Part shown: positions 38,902-49,283 of the stretch, in pieces
How the letters are laid out: the number at the start of each line of letters is the position of its first letter
Position numbering within the stretch: position 1 is the first letter of the stretch
Assembly (NCBI GenBank): GCA_038245785.1
Contig: JBBRSB010000019.1
Location: forward strand, 1-64,000
Reading direction: 5' to 3'
Length of the DNA stretch: 64,000 bases
Origin: Gloeobacterales cyanobacterium
GTDB lineage: Bacteria; Cyanobacteriota; Cyanobacteriia; Gloeobacterales; PMM-0068
Notes under the pieces: generated by a model
Database searches by the model: none
What the model saw: only the letters and a program-made list of their open reading frames with translations
Told to the model about the DNA's origin: nothing
Program-made: the position numbers and the translations under genes

Positions 38902-39693
38902 GTGATGAATTGTCCATTATGTGATTGTACTAAAATTCATCATCTATTCACTCCTGGTTCCGGAGAAAAATGGATAGTGGAAGCTTGTGGAAGGTGTACG
39001 AATGCCTGGACTATACCTTCTCCAAAGGCTATTTCATATGAGTATGATAATTTCCATGCACAATTTTCTTTTCAGTCTGTGGCAGACTTGCCGGCCCAAT
39101 GGAAAAAATCATTATTGATGCAAGCAGAACTCATTTCTAAGTCCCTTGGTCCAAGCGCGAGGATTTTAGAGATTGGCTGTGGAGAAGGATTACTGCTCAG
39201 TGAGCTAGGTCGGCGAGGATTCCTTGTGACGGGTATCGAACCCAGTAAATCGGCGGGAGACGTAGCGCGAGGAAGAGGACTCAATGTGATTACAGGCTAC
39301 TTCCCACATTCTGAAGTGTCTGGACCATTCGATGCTGTGGTAATGTCTCACGTGCTTGAGCACATGTCAAATCCAACCGAAGTTCTGCATGAAGTAGGAA
39401 AGCTAGTACCTGAGGGCAAAGTCTTACTGATTCAAACAAACTGGCAGGGACTAGTGCCTAGACTACAAAGTCGAAAATGGTACGCCTGGGTGCCTGAGCA
39501 ACATTACTGGCATTTCACTCCCAAGGGACTTAGTAGTGTCTTGGAAAACTCATTAGGCTGGAAAGTAAATAAGGTTCAACACTCAAGTCTCGATCATGGA
39601 AGCAGTAGACTGTCTCGTATCTCTGAGTTACTCCCTATGTTTTGTGATCAGTTTCACTTACTTGCAGACATACCCTCGAAGATCCTCAAATGA
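38902..39693 (+). CDS. Class I SAM-dependent methyltransferase
   Basis: N-terminal CxxC...CxxC; ILEIGCGEG; SHVLEH. Confidence 0.9.
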   Translation: MMNCPLCDCTKIHHLFTPGSGEKWIVEACGRCTNAWTIPSPKAISYEYDNFHAQFSFQSVADLPAQWKKSLLMQAELISKSLGPSARILEIGCGEGLLLSELGRRGFLVTGIEPSKSAGDVARGRGLNVITGYFPHSEVSGPFDAVVMSHVLEHMSNPTEVLHEVGKLVPEGKVLLIQTNWQGLVPRLQSRKWYAWVPEQHYWHFTPKGLSSVLENSLGWKVNKVQHSSLDHGSSRLSRISELLPMFCDQFHLLADIPSKILK

Positions 39694-40682
39694 ATCACCC
39701 TACTGTTATTTGTCTCACGCCCGTTAGGAATGAAGCATGGATACTAGAGCGCTTCTTAAAATGTGCGAGCCTTTGGGCTGACTATATCATCATCGCAGAT
39801 CAACACTCTGATGATGGATCACGCGAAATAGCACAACGTTTTGAAAAAGTAATTCTAATAGACAATTCTTCTCAGCAATATAGTGAATCAGATCGGCAGA
39901 AACTACTTATTGAAGAAGCTAGAAAAATATCGGGACCTCGTCTATTAATCACTTTAGATGCCGATGAGTTCTTGACAGCAAATTTTATGGATAGTGCTGA
40001 ATGGCTAACTGTATTAAATGCACCAACTGGCACTGTTGTTAAATTTCAGTGGGCAAATATACGACCTGATATGGCTACATATTGGATGCCATCTACAGAA
40101 TTTGCTTGGGGTTTTATTGATGATGGAAGTGAGCATGTAGGCACTAAAATTCATAGTCCTAGAATCCCTATTCCTAAAAATGCGAACAGTATCAGCCTCA
40201 GAGATATTAGAGTTCTTCACTACCAGTACACAGATTGGGAGCGAATGAAGAGTAAGCATCGTTGGTATCAATGTTGGGAACGTATCAACCATCCTGAGCG
40301 ACATGCAATCGATATTTACAGGCAATATCATCATATGTATGCTATTCCTCTCAATGAAATTAAAGTAATTCCAGATGACTGGAAATCTGAATATGATAGA
40401 CAGGGAATCGATATGACAAGTACATGTCGGACAGAAAAATTTAGATGGGATGAAGAAGTTTTGGATTTGATACAGAAATATGGCGCTTTGAAGTTTAAGA
40501 GAGAGGCTATCTGGGATTTTGATTGGTCTGTCTTATCAGAACTAACAGGCTCTAATTCTGTGCGTGACCCTCGCAGTAAGCTTGATAGATACCTACATCA
40601 TTGGCTAGAAAGAACACAACCAGACCAAGATAAGCTAATAGTTAAAGCCATTACAAAAATTCTTCGGTTGCTAGGATGGTAA
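39690..40682 (+). CDS. Family 2 glycosyltransferase
   Basis: PVRNEA, SDDGS, LDADE. Confidence 0.88.
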   Translation: MNHPTVICLTPVRNEAWILERFLKCASLWADYIIIADQHSDDGSREIAQRFEKVILIDNSSQQYSESDRQKLLIEEARKISGPRLLITLDADEFLTANFMDSAEWLTVLNAPTGTVVKFQWANIRPDMATYWMPSTEFAWGFIDDGSEHVGTKIHSPRIPIPKNANSISLRDIRVLHYQYTDWERMKSKHRWYQCWERINHPERHAIDIYRQYHHMYAIPLNEIKVIPDDWKSEYDRQGIDMTSTCRTEKFRWDEEVLDLIQKYGALKFKREAIWDFDWSVLSELTGSNSVRDPRSKLDRYLHHWLERTQPDQDKLIVKAITKILRLLGW

Positions 40683-40685
40683 TCA

Positions 40686-41423
40686 ATGCTGGAAATTATA
40701 TCAATTACTAAAGATGACATGCAGGGAATTCTCTCTACAGTTCATAGTACTAGAGCTTTGAGAGAGCAGTATTCTGTCAAACAAATAATAGTGGACAGCA
40801 GTTCAAATACGATAAGTTCTACTCTCAAAAGCAACTTGGCTAAAGAAAAGAATATTGAGTATATCTGGCAAGAACCTTTGGGAATAAGTTATGCATTCAA
40901 TGTGGGATTACAACTTTCTAATGCGAAATGGTTGTGGTTTCTTAATGGTGGAGATGAAATACACCCTGACTTAGATATTAATCTTCTTATAGCACTTCTA
41001 AAATCAAGTACAGCAGATGCTATTATTTTTGAGTTAGAGTTTGTTGATAGGATATCTAGACGTCCTCCCCTATATGCGCTCTGGCCACCTGTTGCTAATT
41101 GGATACCTCATCCTTCAACTCTTCTGAGAAGAGATATTTTAAATAAAGTAGGTGGTTTTGATAACACCTATAGAATTGCAATGGATGGAGAGTTATGGCT
41201 GCGTTTGTTTGGGAAGGGAGCAAGACCAGACTTAATTTCGCTTCCTTTAACAAAGTTTGCTTCAGGGGGAATATCTGAGTCTCATAGTCAAGCGGCTAAA
41301 GAGGTTGAGAGACTAATTCGTGTACATTCCAGATTACTCCTAAAACGTTGGTTGCAACAAGGAATTGACACACTGCGGGCTTGGAATCACTTTCGCAGAC
41401 TGTCTAAGGGGAAAAGTAGTTAA
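40686..41423 (+). CDS. Family 2 glycosyltransferase (WcaE-like)
   Basis: GISYAFN.G, WFLNGGD, PHPS, GGFD..Y.IAMD. Confidence 0.85.
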   Translation: MLEIISITKDDMQGILSTVHSTRALREQYSVKQIIVDSSSNTISSTLKSNLAKEKNIEYIWQEPLGISYAFNVGLQLSNAKWLWFLNGGDEIHPDLDINLLIALLKSSTADAIIFELEFVDRISRRPPLYALWPPVANWIPHPSTLLRRDILNKVGGFDNTYRIAMDGELWLRLFGKGARPDLISLPLTKFASGGISESHSQAAKEVERLIRVHSRLLLKRWLQQGIDTLRAWNHFRRLSKGKSS

Positions 41424-41424
41424 T

Positions 41425-42525
41425 ATGAAAGTTCTGGTAATTCCGGAATATGAGTCTAGTGGGGGGACTCTATCTTTCCTGAAAAAACTACTCATGATTC
41501 ATTCAAAGTATTCTATTGAGACAGCTATCTTAATAGAAAAAGCCCAAGCTGCAGATAGCATCTTAGATTTTTTTAAAAAGCTAAGTGCAAAGGTTTATAT
41601 TGGCCAAAATAGAAATTCTATATTCCGTAAAGCTTATATATCTATATTTTATGATTTGTTCTTTTGCTGGAAAGCTTACAGCTCATTTCAACCTGATTTA
41701 ATCGTAGTCTCGAATGCATCATGTGGACTTATGCTTGGCAGTTTGCTGTATCCAAAACCCGTGATATTTATTATGCATTCATATCCTGAACGAAAAATAA
41801 GGGGTGGGATTCTAGCTTTTGTAAAATGGGCGATTCAAGCATCGCATAAATTCGTCACAGTTTCAGAGTCCTCTGCAAATAACTTAAGCTTATTTATGGG
41901 AATTCCGAGAAGCTCGATTAGCGTAATTTTCAATAGCTATGAAAGCATAAACGATATTGAAAAATGTGTCTTGGAAGAGCGTAAAGATAAGATAGTCCTT
42001 ACAATTGGTCATGTCACTGAGTATAAGAATCCTGAGTCTTGGCTTGAAGTAGCAGCACATATTGTTGAGCAAAGGCCCGAGGTGAAATTTATTTGGCTTG
42101 GAGATGGTCAACTCTTAAGCTCTATGAGATCAAAAGTTCAGGAATTGGGTATTGAGAAGAATGTTTCTTTTTTGGGTCACTGCGATCATGTAGAACTGTA
42201 CTATAAGGAAGCAACGCTCTATTTTCAGCCTAGTTTGCGTGAGAGTCATGGCATAGCAGTAGTTGAGGCCATGTCTTTTGGTTTGCCTTGTGTTACTTCA
42301 GATATTGGTGGTTTACCTGAATCCGTAATAGACGGCGTCACTGGTCTCACTTGCCATCCAAATGATATAGAAAACTTTTGTTTGCGCATTACAACACTAC
42401 TTGACAGTTCTAATACTCGTAACGAAATGGGTGCTGCAGGTAAAGAACGGGCGCAGAAACTATTCTCAGAAGATATTCAAGAAAAAAAATTCATCGATTT
42501 ATACAATGAAGCCTTAAGTGTGTAA
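41425..42525 (+). CDS. Family 4 glycosyltransferase
   Basis: PSLRESHGIAVVEAMSFGLPCV.SD.GG; ATG at 41425 preferred. Confidence 0.92.
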   Translation: MKVLVIPEYESSGGTLSFLKKLLMIHSKYSIETAILIEKAQAADSILDFFKKLSAKVYIGQNRNSIFRKAYISIFYDLFFCWKAYSSFQPDLIVVSNASCGLMLGSLLYPKPVIFIMHSYPERKIRGGILAFVKWAIQASHKFVTVSESSANNLSLFMGIPRSSISVIFNSYESINDIEKCVLEERKDKIVLTIGHVTEYKNPESWLEVAAHIVEQRPEVKFIWLGDGQLLSSMRSKVQELGIEKNVSFLGHCDHVELYYKEATLYFQPSLRESHGIAVVEAMSFGLPCVTSDIGGLPESVIDGVTGLTCHPNDIENFCLRITTLLDSSNTRNEMGAAGKERAQKLFSEDIQEKKFIDLYNEALSV

Positions 42526-42542
42526 AATTTTGTAGAAAGTGT

Positions 42543-43448
42543 GTGATGTCCTTTATGAATACTCCTGTTGTTTTTCTAATCTTCAATCGTCCTGAAACTA
42601 CAAGGAAAGTCTTTGCAGAAATCACAAAAGTAAAGCCGGCAAAGTTATTAGTTATTGCCGATGGTCCTCGTTCTAACTGCTTTTGGGAAACTGAAAAATG
42701 TGCTGAAACTCGCTCTATTATTGAACGTGTAGATTGGGATTGTGAAGTATTAACTAATTATTCTGAGGTGAATTTGGGTTGCAAGTCTCGGATAGCGAGT
42801 GGATTAGACTGGGTGTTTAGTATAGTTGAAGAGGCGATTATTCTCGAAGATGACTGTCTACCCAATGAAACGTTCTTTCGATTTTGCGAAGAGTTGCTGA
42901 AAAGGTATCGTGATGATGAGAGGATAATGTCTATTTCTGGTACCAATCAGCGATTTGATAAACTTAGAACTCAGGATAGTTATTACTTCTCTCGATATAA
43001 CCATATTTGGGGATGGGCTACTTGGAGACGCTCCTGGCAATATTACGATTCTCAGATGAAGCTCTGGCCCAGAATAAAAGAAGAAGGATGGCTTAAAGAT
43101 ATATTTAAAGAGCCCCGACTCGTAAAATTTTGGGAAAGAAATTTTGAATTGGCCTATGCTGAGACTTGGAATACTTGGGACTGGCAGTGGCTTTTCGCTT
43201 GTTGGGTCCAGAGTGGATTGAGTATCTTACCTCGTGTGAACTTGATTTCAAACATTGGCTTTGGTGAAAATGCAACAACCACAATGGACACGAATAGTAA
43301 GCTAGCTCAAGCTGCTAAACTTCCAGTGCAGCCTATGAATTTTCCTCTCCAGCATCCATCTTTTGTAATCCGTGATAGTCAAGAGGATAATCGTATCCCA
43401 CAGTTAATTGCTCGCATTAAAAGTAAGACTAAGCTTACTGCTGAATGA
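42543..43448 (+). CDS. GT-A fold glycosyltransferase
   Basis: FLIFNRP, ADGPR, ILEDDC, WGWATW, NLISNIGF. Confidence 0.88.
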   Translation: MMSFMNTPVVFLIFNRPETTRKVFAEITKVKPAKLLVIADGPRSNCFWETEKCAETRSIIERVDWDCEVLTNYSEVNLGCKSRIASGLDWVFSIVEEAIILEDDCLPNETFFRFCEELLKRYRDDERIMSISGTNQRFDKLRTQDSYYFSRYNHIWGWATWRRSWQYYDSQMKLWPRIKEEGWLKDIFKEPRLVKFWERNFELAYAETWNTWDWQWLFACWVQSGLSILPRVNLISNIGFGENATTTMDTNSKLAQAAKLPVQPMNFPLQHPSFVIRDSQEDNRIPQLIARIKSKTKLTAE

Positions 43449-43526
43449 TAACTTTGCCCCCCAAGATTGCCTTAAGCATAAGGCTAAGCGGATACTTCCC
43501 TCTAACGCAGGGGTATTCTATACATT

Positions 43527-44309
43527 ATGGAATGTCATATATGTTCTAGTCCCACAAGTCTTTTCGATAAAGCTCAAGTGCTTCATAAATATGAAGTTCA
43601 ATATTATCAATGTGATTACTGTGGTTTTATTCAAACTGAAAAACACTATTGGCTAGATGAAGCTTATTCTGAGGCAATAACTAAGAGTGACTTGGGGTTA
43701 GTCTCCAGAAATATTGCTTTGTCAAGAATATCTAAAGTTATTATCCAGAGCTTTTTTAATGAGAATGCTGAATTTGTGGATTACGGCGGTGGTTATGGAA
43801 TGCTTGTTCGGATGATGCGAGACTTTGGCTTTGATTTCTATCGATCAGATAAATTTTGTGATAATCTCTTAGCCGTTGGGTTTGATGCTGATAGAGAAGG
43901 TACAGGTCAATATGAACTTGTCACTGCTTTTGAAGTCTTTGAACATTTGGTCAATCCATTGCTTGAAATAGAGCATATGTTGCAATTTTCAAAAAATATT
44001 CTCTTCACTACATCACTGCTTCCACCAACGAAACCTAAACTTAGTGAGTGGTGGTACTTTGGGTATGAACACGGTCAACACATAGCATTCTACACACCAA
44101 AAGCCTTAGCGAAGATTGCTGATAAATTTCATCTAAATCTCTATTCCAACGGGGATTCTTTACATCTGTTAACTGAGAAAAGAGTTCCTCCTCTATGCTT
44201 TAATCTTATGTCGAGAGATAAAGTTTCTCGCATACTCCATTTATTTTTCTGGAGACGATCTTTGTTAGCCAAAGATTACTCTCATGTAACGGGCAAAATG
44301 CTTAATTGA
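43527..44309 (+). CDS. Class I SAM-dependent methyltransferase
   Basis: CxxC...CxxC; DYGGGYG; TAFEVFEH; GQHIAFY. Confidence 0.9.
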   Translation: MECHICSSPTSLFDKAQVLHKYEVQYYQCDYCGFIQTEKHYWLDEAYSEAITKSDLGLVSRNIALSRISKVIIQSFFNENAEFVDYGGGYGMLVRMMRDFGFDFYRSDKFCDNLLAVGFDADREGTGQYELVTAFEVFEHLVNPLLEIEHMLQFSKNILFTTSLLPPTKPKLSEWWYFGYEHGQHIAFYTPKALAKIADKFHLNLYSNGDSLHLLTEKRVPPLCFNLMSRDKVSRILHLFFWRRSLLAKDYSHVTGKMLN

Positions 44310-44316
44310 ACATCTG

Positions 44317-45441
44317 ATGTCTAATAACTATATTTTCATCAATGACAATATTCCCTCTCATGCTACTCAACGGGGTGTAGCACGTTGCTTTAGAGAGATC
44401 ACGCAGGGTCTTATTACAGAATTCACAGAGAATGTCACTGTTTATTCACCGAAACAGGGAAACTATGGGCTGGCCAGATATGTGCAGTCTTGGCCTAACT
44501 CCGCACCCTTCCCTGGTACGGGACTCCTTGGCATTAACTCCATACTGTCTAAGTTTAATAATCATGCTGCTGCCAGCTTACTTAGGCAAAATCCTCCTGC
44601 CGTTATATATAACTCCTACTATGGGAATCTTAAATTTAAGTCTCCTCAAGTATTCACCGTATACGACATGATGCATGAACTCTATCCGCAGTACTTTAGC
44701 CGTGCTCGGTTTGATCATCGTGAATTAATTGCACAAAAGAAAGACTGTTTTGACCGTGCAGCTGTTCTCATGGCCATTAGTGAGAGTACCGTTAGAGATA
44801 TAACTACTCACTATCCAAATCTAGATTCTACAAAAATTGTAGTGACTTCTCTGGGGGTAGATGATTTCTTTTTTCAATCTCATCCTGCTGTGCGTTATGA
44901 AGATAAGCCTTATTTTCTCTATGTCGGTAACCGCAGCGGTTATAAAAATTTCTTACGGCTACTAATAGCTTACGGTCAGTCTAACTTAGCTAAAGATTTT
45001 GATTTGCGCGTGATTTCACCCAGAGGTAGCCAATTCAGCGCCAAAGAGCTTGAACAAATTAACAAGTATGACCTGCACCATAGTATTTATTTAGTAACCG
45101 CAGCAAATGAAGTAGAACTACAAAAAAATTATGCTCAGGCAACGGCCTTTGTCTACCCCTCTGAATATGAAGGCTTTGGCCTGCCTATCTTAGAAGCGAT
45201 GGCTAGCGGAACCCTTGTGGCCACTTCGAATACCTCATCTATGCCAGAGGTTGGTGGTGATACCGCCTTTTACTTTGACCCGTATGATTCGCACTCAATT
45301 ACTGAGTGTTTGCAGTACTTGGCAACACTTTCTAACGAAGAGCGTAACCAGCGGATAAATGATGGCCTGACTAGGGCTCGTACTTTCACTTGGACACGAT
45401 GTCAACAAAAAGTTATAGAGGTAATGTACCAGTTGCTCTAA
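44317..45441 (+). CDS. Family 4 glycosyltransferase (mannosyltransferase-like)
   Basis: YVGNR.GYKN, PSEYEGFGLPILEAM. Confidence 0.92.
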   Translation: MSNNYIFINDNIPSHATQRGVARCFREITQGLITEFTENVTVYSPKQGNYGLARYVQSWPNSAPFPGTGLLGINSILSKFNNHAAASLLRQNPPAVIYNSYYGNLKFKSPQVFTVYDMMHELYPQYFSRARFDHRELIAQKKDCFDRAAVLMAISESTVRDITTHYPNLDSTKIVVTSLGVDDFFFQSHPAVRYEDKPYFLYVGNRSGYKNFLRLLIAYGQSNLAKDFDLRVISPRGSQFSAKELEQINKYDLHHSIYLVTAANEVELQKNYAQATAFVYPSEYEGFGLPILEAMASGTLVATSNTSSMPEVGGDTAFYFDPYDSHSITECLQYLATLSNEERNQRINDGLTRARTFTWTRCQQKVIEVMYQLL

Positions 45442-45529
45442 AATTATGTCCGGTGTAGTGAAAGGGTTCACAAATATGGGTATGTTTTACCTAAGTTAAT
45501 TCTATAATTGTCCGTGGAGCTATGTCGTT

Positions 45530-46312
45530 ATGGAGGGGGGATTGTTAGATGGTGAAACAATTAAGAAAGTTCAGCCAGATGTCCCACTAGTCAGTGTTAT
45601 CACTGTAGTGCGCAATGGTGAAAAAACACTGGAACGCACTATTCAAAGTGTCATTAGTCAAGATTATAAAAACATTGAATATATCATTATTGATGGGGCC
45701 TCAACCGACGCGACTACTCACATCATCAAAAAGTATGATAGTTCAATTAACTATTGGAGCAGTGAGCCTGACAGAGGTATCAGCGAGGCCTTCAACAAAG
45801 GAATTAATTTGGCATCGGGCTCATGGATCAACTTTTTGAACTGTGGCGATTGCTACATCAATAGTCAAGTAATTAGTAAAGCCAGTCAGTTTTTTACTCA
45901 AGCTCCTATAGTTACTGGATTCTCAAAATGTGGTGCCGTGAGTCTTCCTAGGGTTAAGCTGCATAATTCTACTCCACTAAGAAGAAGAGCCAAAATCTCA
46001 CATCAAGCATCCTTTGTCCATGTCGATGTTTTTAATAAAATTGGGCTTTTTGATGAGCGCTATCAGATCCGCATGGATTATGACTTTTGGCTTAGAGCCC
46101 TCAAAACCCATAGTTTCGTAATGGTAAATGATACTCTAGTTGACTATGCTCCTATCGGAATTAGCAGCATGAGTGCGTCAACAAAAATATTCTATGAAGA
46201 AGAAAAAAGAGCTAACCATGAACATCATATCGATATGGTTTCTGGAATAGACCTATATTTAAACTTCAAATATTATGCGGACCGAGTAAGAAGATTTGCG
46301 CTTCGGAGATGA
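45530..46312 (+). CDS. Family 2 glycosyltransferase
   Basis: VSVITVVRN, IIDGASTD, EPDRGISEAFNKG, FLNCGD. Confidence 0.92.
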   Translation: MEGGLLDGETIKKVQPDVPLVSVITVVRNGEKTLERTIQSVISQDYKNIEYIIIDGASTDATTHIIKKYDSSINYWSSEPDRGISEAFNKGINLASGSWINFLNCGDCYINSQVISKASQFFTQAPIVTGFSKCGAVSLPRVKLHNSTPLRRRAKISHQASFVHVDVFNKIGLFDERYQIRMDYDFWLRALKTHSFVMVNDTLVDYAPIGISSMSASTKIFYEEEKRANHEHHIDMVSGIDLYLNFKYYADRVRRFALRR

Positions 46313-46420
46313 TGTTGTCCTCTGCTCGTTCTGAGCTTTTGATTTCTCAAATATCTAAACCTTAATCCATAGCGCGACCAGAGCGACCTGTGTCAGCATG
46401 GAGAGAGTACGTATTACAAA

Positions 46421-47257
46421 ATGACGATGCCTTCTATGCAAGCTACTGCGTCCCTGACAGAGAAGCTGACTCAGCTCCAGACGGTCCTGAAGAGTTTAGA
46501 CCGCTGTGTGGTTGCCTATTCTGGTGGTGTGGACTCAACCCTTGTCGCCAAGGTTGCCTACGATGTTCTAGGCGAGAAGGTTTTGGCCGTAACGGCAGCA
46601 TCTCCTTCTTTGATGCAGGAAGACCTGGATCAAGCGATAGACCAGGCGCAAGTGATCGGGGTTCGTCATCAAATTATCGAGACCCAGGAATTAGACAACC
46701 CCAACTACAGCAGCAACCCCGCCAATCGTTGCTATTTCTGCAAAAGTGAACTCCACGGGGCTCTGGGACCTCTAGCCCAGCGCTTGGGCTATGACCTTGT
46801 GGTAGATGGAGTCAACCTTGATGACTTGGGAGACTATCGACCAGGGCTTCAGGCAGGCAAGGAGAAAGGGGTCCTTTCTCCCCTAGCGCAGTGTGGCATC
46901 ACCAAGATAGAAGTCCGTCAGCTTTCTCAACTATTGGGCTTACCTTGGTGGGACAAGCCTGCCATGCCTTGTCTTGCCTCTCGCTTTCCCTATGGCGAGG
47001 CTATTACTCAAGAAAAACTCCAACGGGTAGGAATGGCTGAACGCTACTTGCGTAACCTCGGTCAACGTCACTTTAGAGTCCGTTCCCATGAAGATACAGC
47101 CCGCATTGAGGTCAGCCCAGACCAAATCCGTCAATTTGTCCTGGATGTAGATCTGCCAAAACTAGTCGTCGCCTTTCAAGAAGCGGGTTATCGTTACGTC
47201 ACTTTGGACCTGGAAGGCTACCAATCCGGCAAGCTGAATCGAGTTCTAGGACTCTGA
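46421..47257 (+). CDS. larE: LarE-family ATP-dependent sacrificial sulfur transferase
   Basis: AYSGGVDS, NRCYFCK, DYRPG, KPAMPCLASR.PYG. Confidence 0.9.
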   Translation: MTMPSMQATASLTEKLTQLQTVLKSLDRCVVAYSGGVDSTLVAKVAYDVLGEKVLAVTAASPSLMQEDLDQAIDQAQVIGVRHQIIETQELDNPNYSSNPANRCYFCKSELHGALGPLAQRLGYDLVVDGVNLDDLGDYRPGLQAGKEKGVLSPLAQCGITKIEVRQLSQLLGLPWWDKPAMPCLASRFPYGEAITQEKLQRVGMAERYLRNLGQRHFRVRSHEDTARIEVSPDQIRQFVLDVDLPKLVVAFQEAGYRYVTLDLEGYQSGKLNRVLGL

Positions 47258-47259
47258 AC

Positions 47260-47871
47260 CTACCCAGGGCTAGGTGCTTCGAAACAAGGGAGGGTGAACA
47301 GCTTTTGGTTTTTACTCTTGCGCGTAGTCCGTAAGAGGTCTGCAAACGTGGCTAAAATCGGCTGGGAAGGAGAATCTTCCGGAACGGTCTGGAGATAATC
47401 CTGGAGTTCCAACTCGATGTGCCGGAGGTCAGCTCCCTGCTGGAGTGCCATCAGTCTCATGCCATCGCTAAGAGGAATCCAAACTAGCCCGGTGAGCGGA
47501 GGGAGTAGGTCTTTACTGCCTAAGACGATGACTTTGCCATCCTCAAGAGTGAGAAACTGGAGGGTCTCGGGAGAGTTGCTTATGGGCAAAGAGCCTTCGA
47601 CCGAGCTACTTTCGCCGTTGGTTGCTCCCGCTAACTTCACTACCGCTCTGCCTAGGTCATCATCGACCGCTTTGAGCAAGGCTACGGTTTCAAGAGGAAG
47701 GGTCAAGAAAAAATTATGGGTCGGACCCTCAAATTTGCGAGGGCGCCCACTCTTCTTGTGGTCTTTAGCAACCCGGTCTTGAGCTTTTTCTTTTTTAGCC
47801 ACGAGAGAATAACTGAATCTTGCCAAGAGTATTGCACGTCGCAAGAGAGATTTAGAACACATTGCATACAA
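47260..47871 (-). CDS. Hypothetical protein, possibly DNA-binding
   Basis: Basic GRPRKF motif followed by LTLP...LL..VD.D..RAVVKL; the true start is probably downstream (GTG near 47802). Confidence 0.65.
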   Translation of the reverse strand: MYAMCSKSLLRRAILLARFSYSLVAKKEKAQDRVAKDHKKSGRPRKFEGPTHNFFLTLPLETVALLKAVDDDLGRAVVKLAGATNGESSSVEGSLPISNSPETLQFLTLEDGKVIVLGSKDLLPPLTGLVWIPLSDGMRLMALQQGADLRHIELELQDYLQTVPEDSPSQPILATFADLLRTTRKSKNQKLFTLPCFEAPSPG

Positions 47872-47960
47872 AGTTTTCCACAGAAGCCCTGATCTAAAAC
47901 TGATACAAAAACTGGTAAGTCAGCGTAGGCTGGAGACAGCTACCTAATATTTCCCTGTGC

Positions 47961-49283
47961 TTGAGGAATGATCCCGTGACTACTGCTTTGACTACCACGT
48001 TTCCAGGTCTCGTGCGCTATTTGGACAATGGGGTGACCCTGATTGTTCGGACGGTGCCCACTTCCCAGGTGGTCACCGCTGACCTTTGGATTCGTTCTGG
48101 AGCACGGACCGAAGTTCCTGAGCAGTCCGGGATGTCTCACTTCCTGGAGCATATGATTTTCAAAGGGACGAGCCGGATCGCTCCCGGAGAATTTGACCGC
48201 CGCATTGAAGGACGGGGGGGCGTGACCAACGCTGCTACCAGCCAGGATTACACGCACTATTACATCACGGTAGCCCAGCGGGATTACGCAGAAGCCTTAC
48301 CCTTACTCGCGGACTTAGTGTGCAACGCTCGGATTCCAGAGAATGAATTTGAACAGGAACGCCTGGTCGTCTTAGAAGAAATTCGCCGCTCTCAAGACAA
48401 TCCAGACCGTACCGCCTATGACCTTTTAACCACGAATAGCTATAAAGACCATCCTTACGCTAGACCTGTCTTGGGTTATCCAGAGACGCTGATGAATATG
48501 ACCCCAGAAACGATGCGTCAATTCCATCGCTCTCGCTATCAGCCGGGATCTTTGACCGTGGTGCTTGTCGGTGGCTTACCAGAGCGAGAACTTTTGGAAG
48601 TGGCAGAACCGCTTTTTGCTCAGCTGCCCGTGAATAAAGAGGAAGCAGCACACGCACAGGTCGCTCCAGTTCTTCCGCTAACTCAGGCAAGACGGATTGA
48701 ACAGCCCCAAGCCCGGATTGAGAATAGCCGCTTGCTGATGGGATTTTTAGGCCCTTCGGCCGCTCAACCCGATGACATCCTGGCGTTAGAAGTGATTTCG
48801 GTGATTCTGACAGAAGGCCGCACCGCGCGTCTTACGAGAGAATTACGGGAAGAGAAAGGATGGGTCCGCTATATCGGCAGCTACTGTGGATTTAGCCATG
48901 ACCCAGGGCTGTTTACCTTCAGTGCTCAACTGGACAAGCAGTATTTAGAGTCTGTAGAAGAAGCAATTTATCACCAGATTGAACAAATCCAGCAGGGTGC
49001 CTTTAGCGAGGAAGAGCTACAGCGAGCCAAGCGTATGCTCCTCAATGATTTTACCTTTGGGACTGAGACCCCTTCGCAGCTAGCATCGCTCTATGGTTAC
49101 TACCAGACCGTTGCTCAATTAGATTTGGCATTGCTCTATCCTCAGCAGCTTAAAGACCTGGATGCTGAAGCGCTCGCTCAGGTTGCCAAGAAGTACTTAG
49201 ACCGGAACAAAGCGGTCGTTATTGCCCTTCATCCCGAAGAAGCTCAACCTGAAGAAGTCAAGGAGCACGTTGAACATGCATAA
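47961..49283 (+). CDS. M16-family zinc protease, catalytic subunit
   Basis: HFLEH (HxxEH), NAATSQDYT, E..VVLEE. Confidence 0.93.
   Translation: MRNDPVTTALTTTFPGLVRYLDNGVTLIVRTVPTSQVVTADLWIRSGARTEVPEQSGMSHFLEHMIFKGTSRIAPGEFDRRIEGRGGVTNAATSQDYTHYYITVAQRDYAEALPLLADLVCNARIPENEFEQERLVVLEEIRRSQDNPDRTAYDLLTTNSYKDHPYARPVLGYPETLMNMTPETMRQFHRSRYQPGSLTVVLVGGLPERELLEVAEPLFAQLPVNKEEAAHAQVAPVLPLTQARRIEQPQARIENSRLLMGFLGPSAAQPDDILALEVISVILTEGRTARLTRELREEKGWVRYIGSYCGFSHDPGLFTFSAQLDKQYLESVEEAIYHQIEQIQQGAFSEEELQRAKRMLLNDFTFGTETPSQLASLYGYYQTVAQLDLALLYPQQLKDLDAEALAQVAKKYLDRNKAVVIALHPEEAQPEEVKEHVEHA

Noticed and set aside
43408..43656. 82-aa ORF, or a frameshifted tail of the preceding glycosyltransferase
   Set aside because: It overlaps two well-supported genes, and a frameshift cannot be shown without homolog alignment
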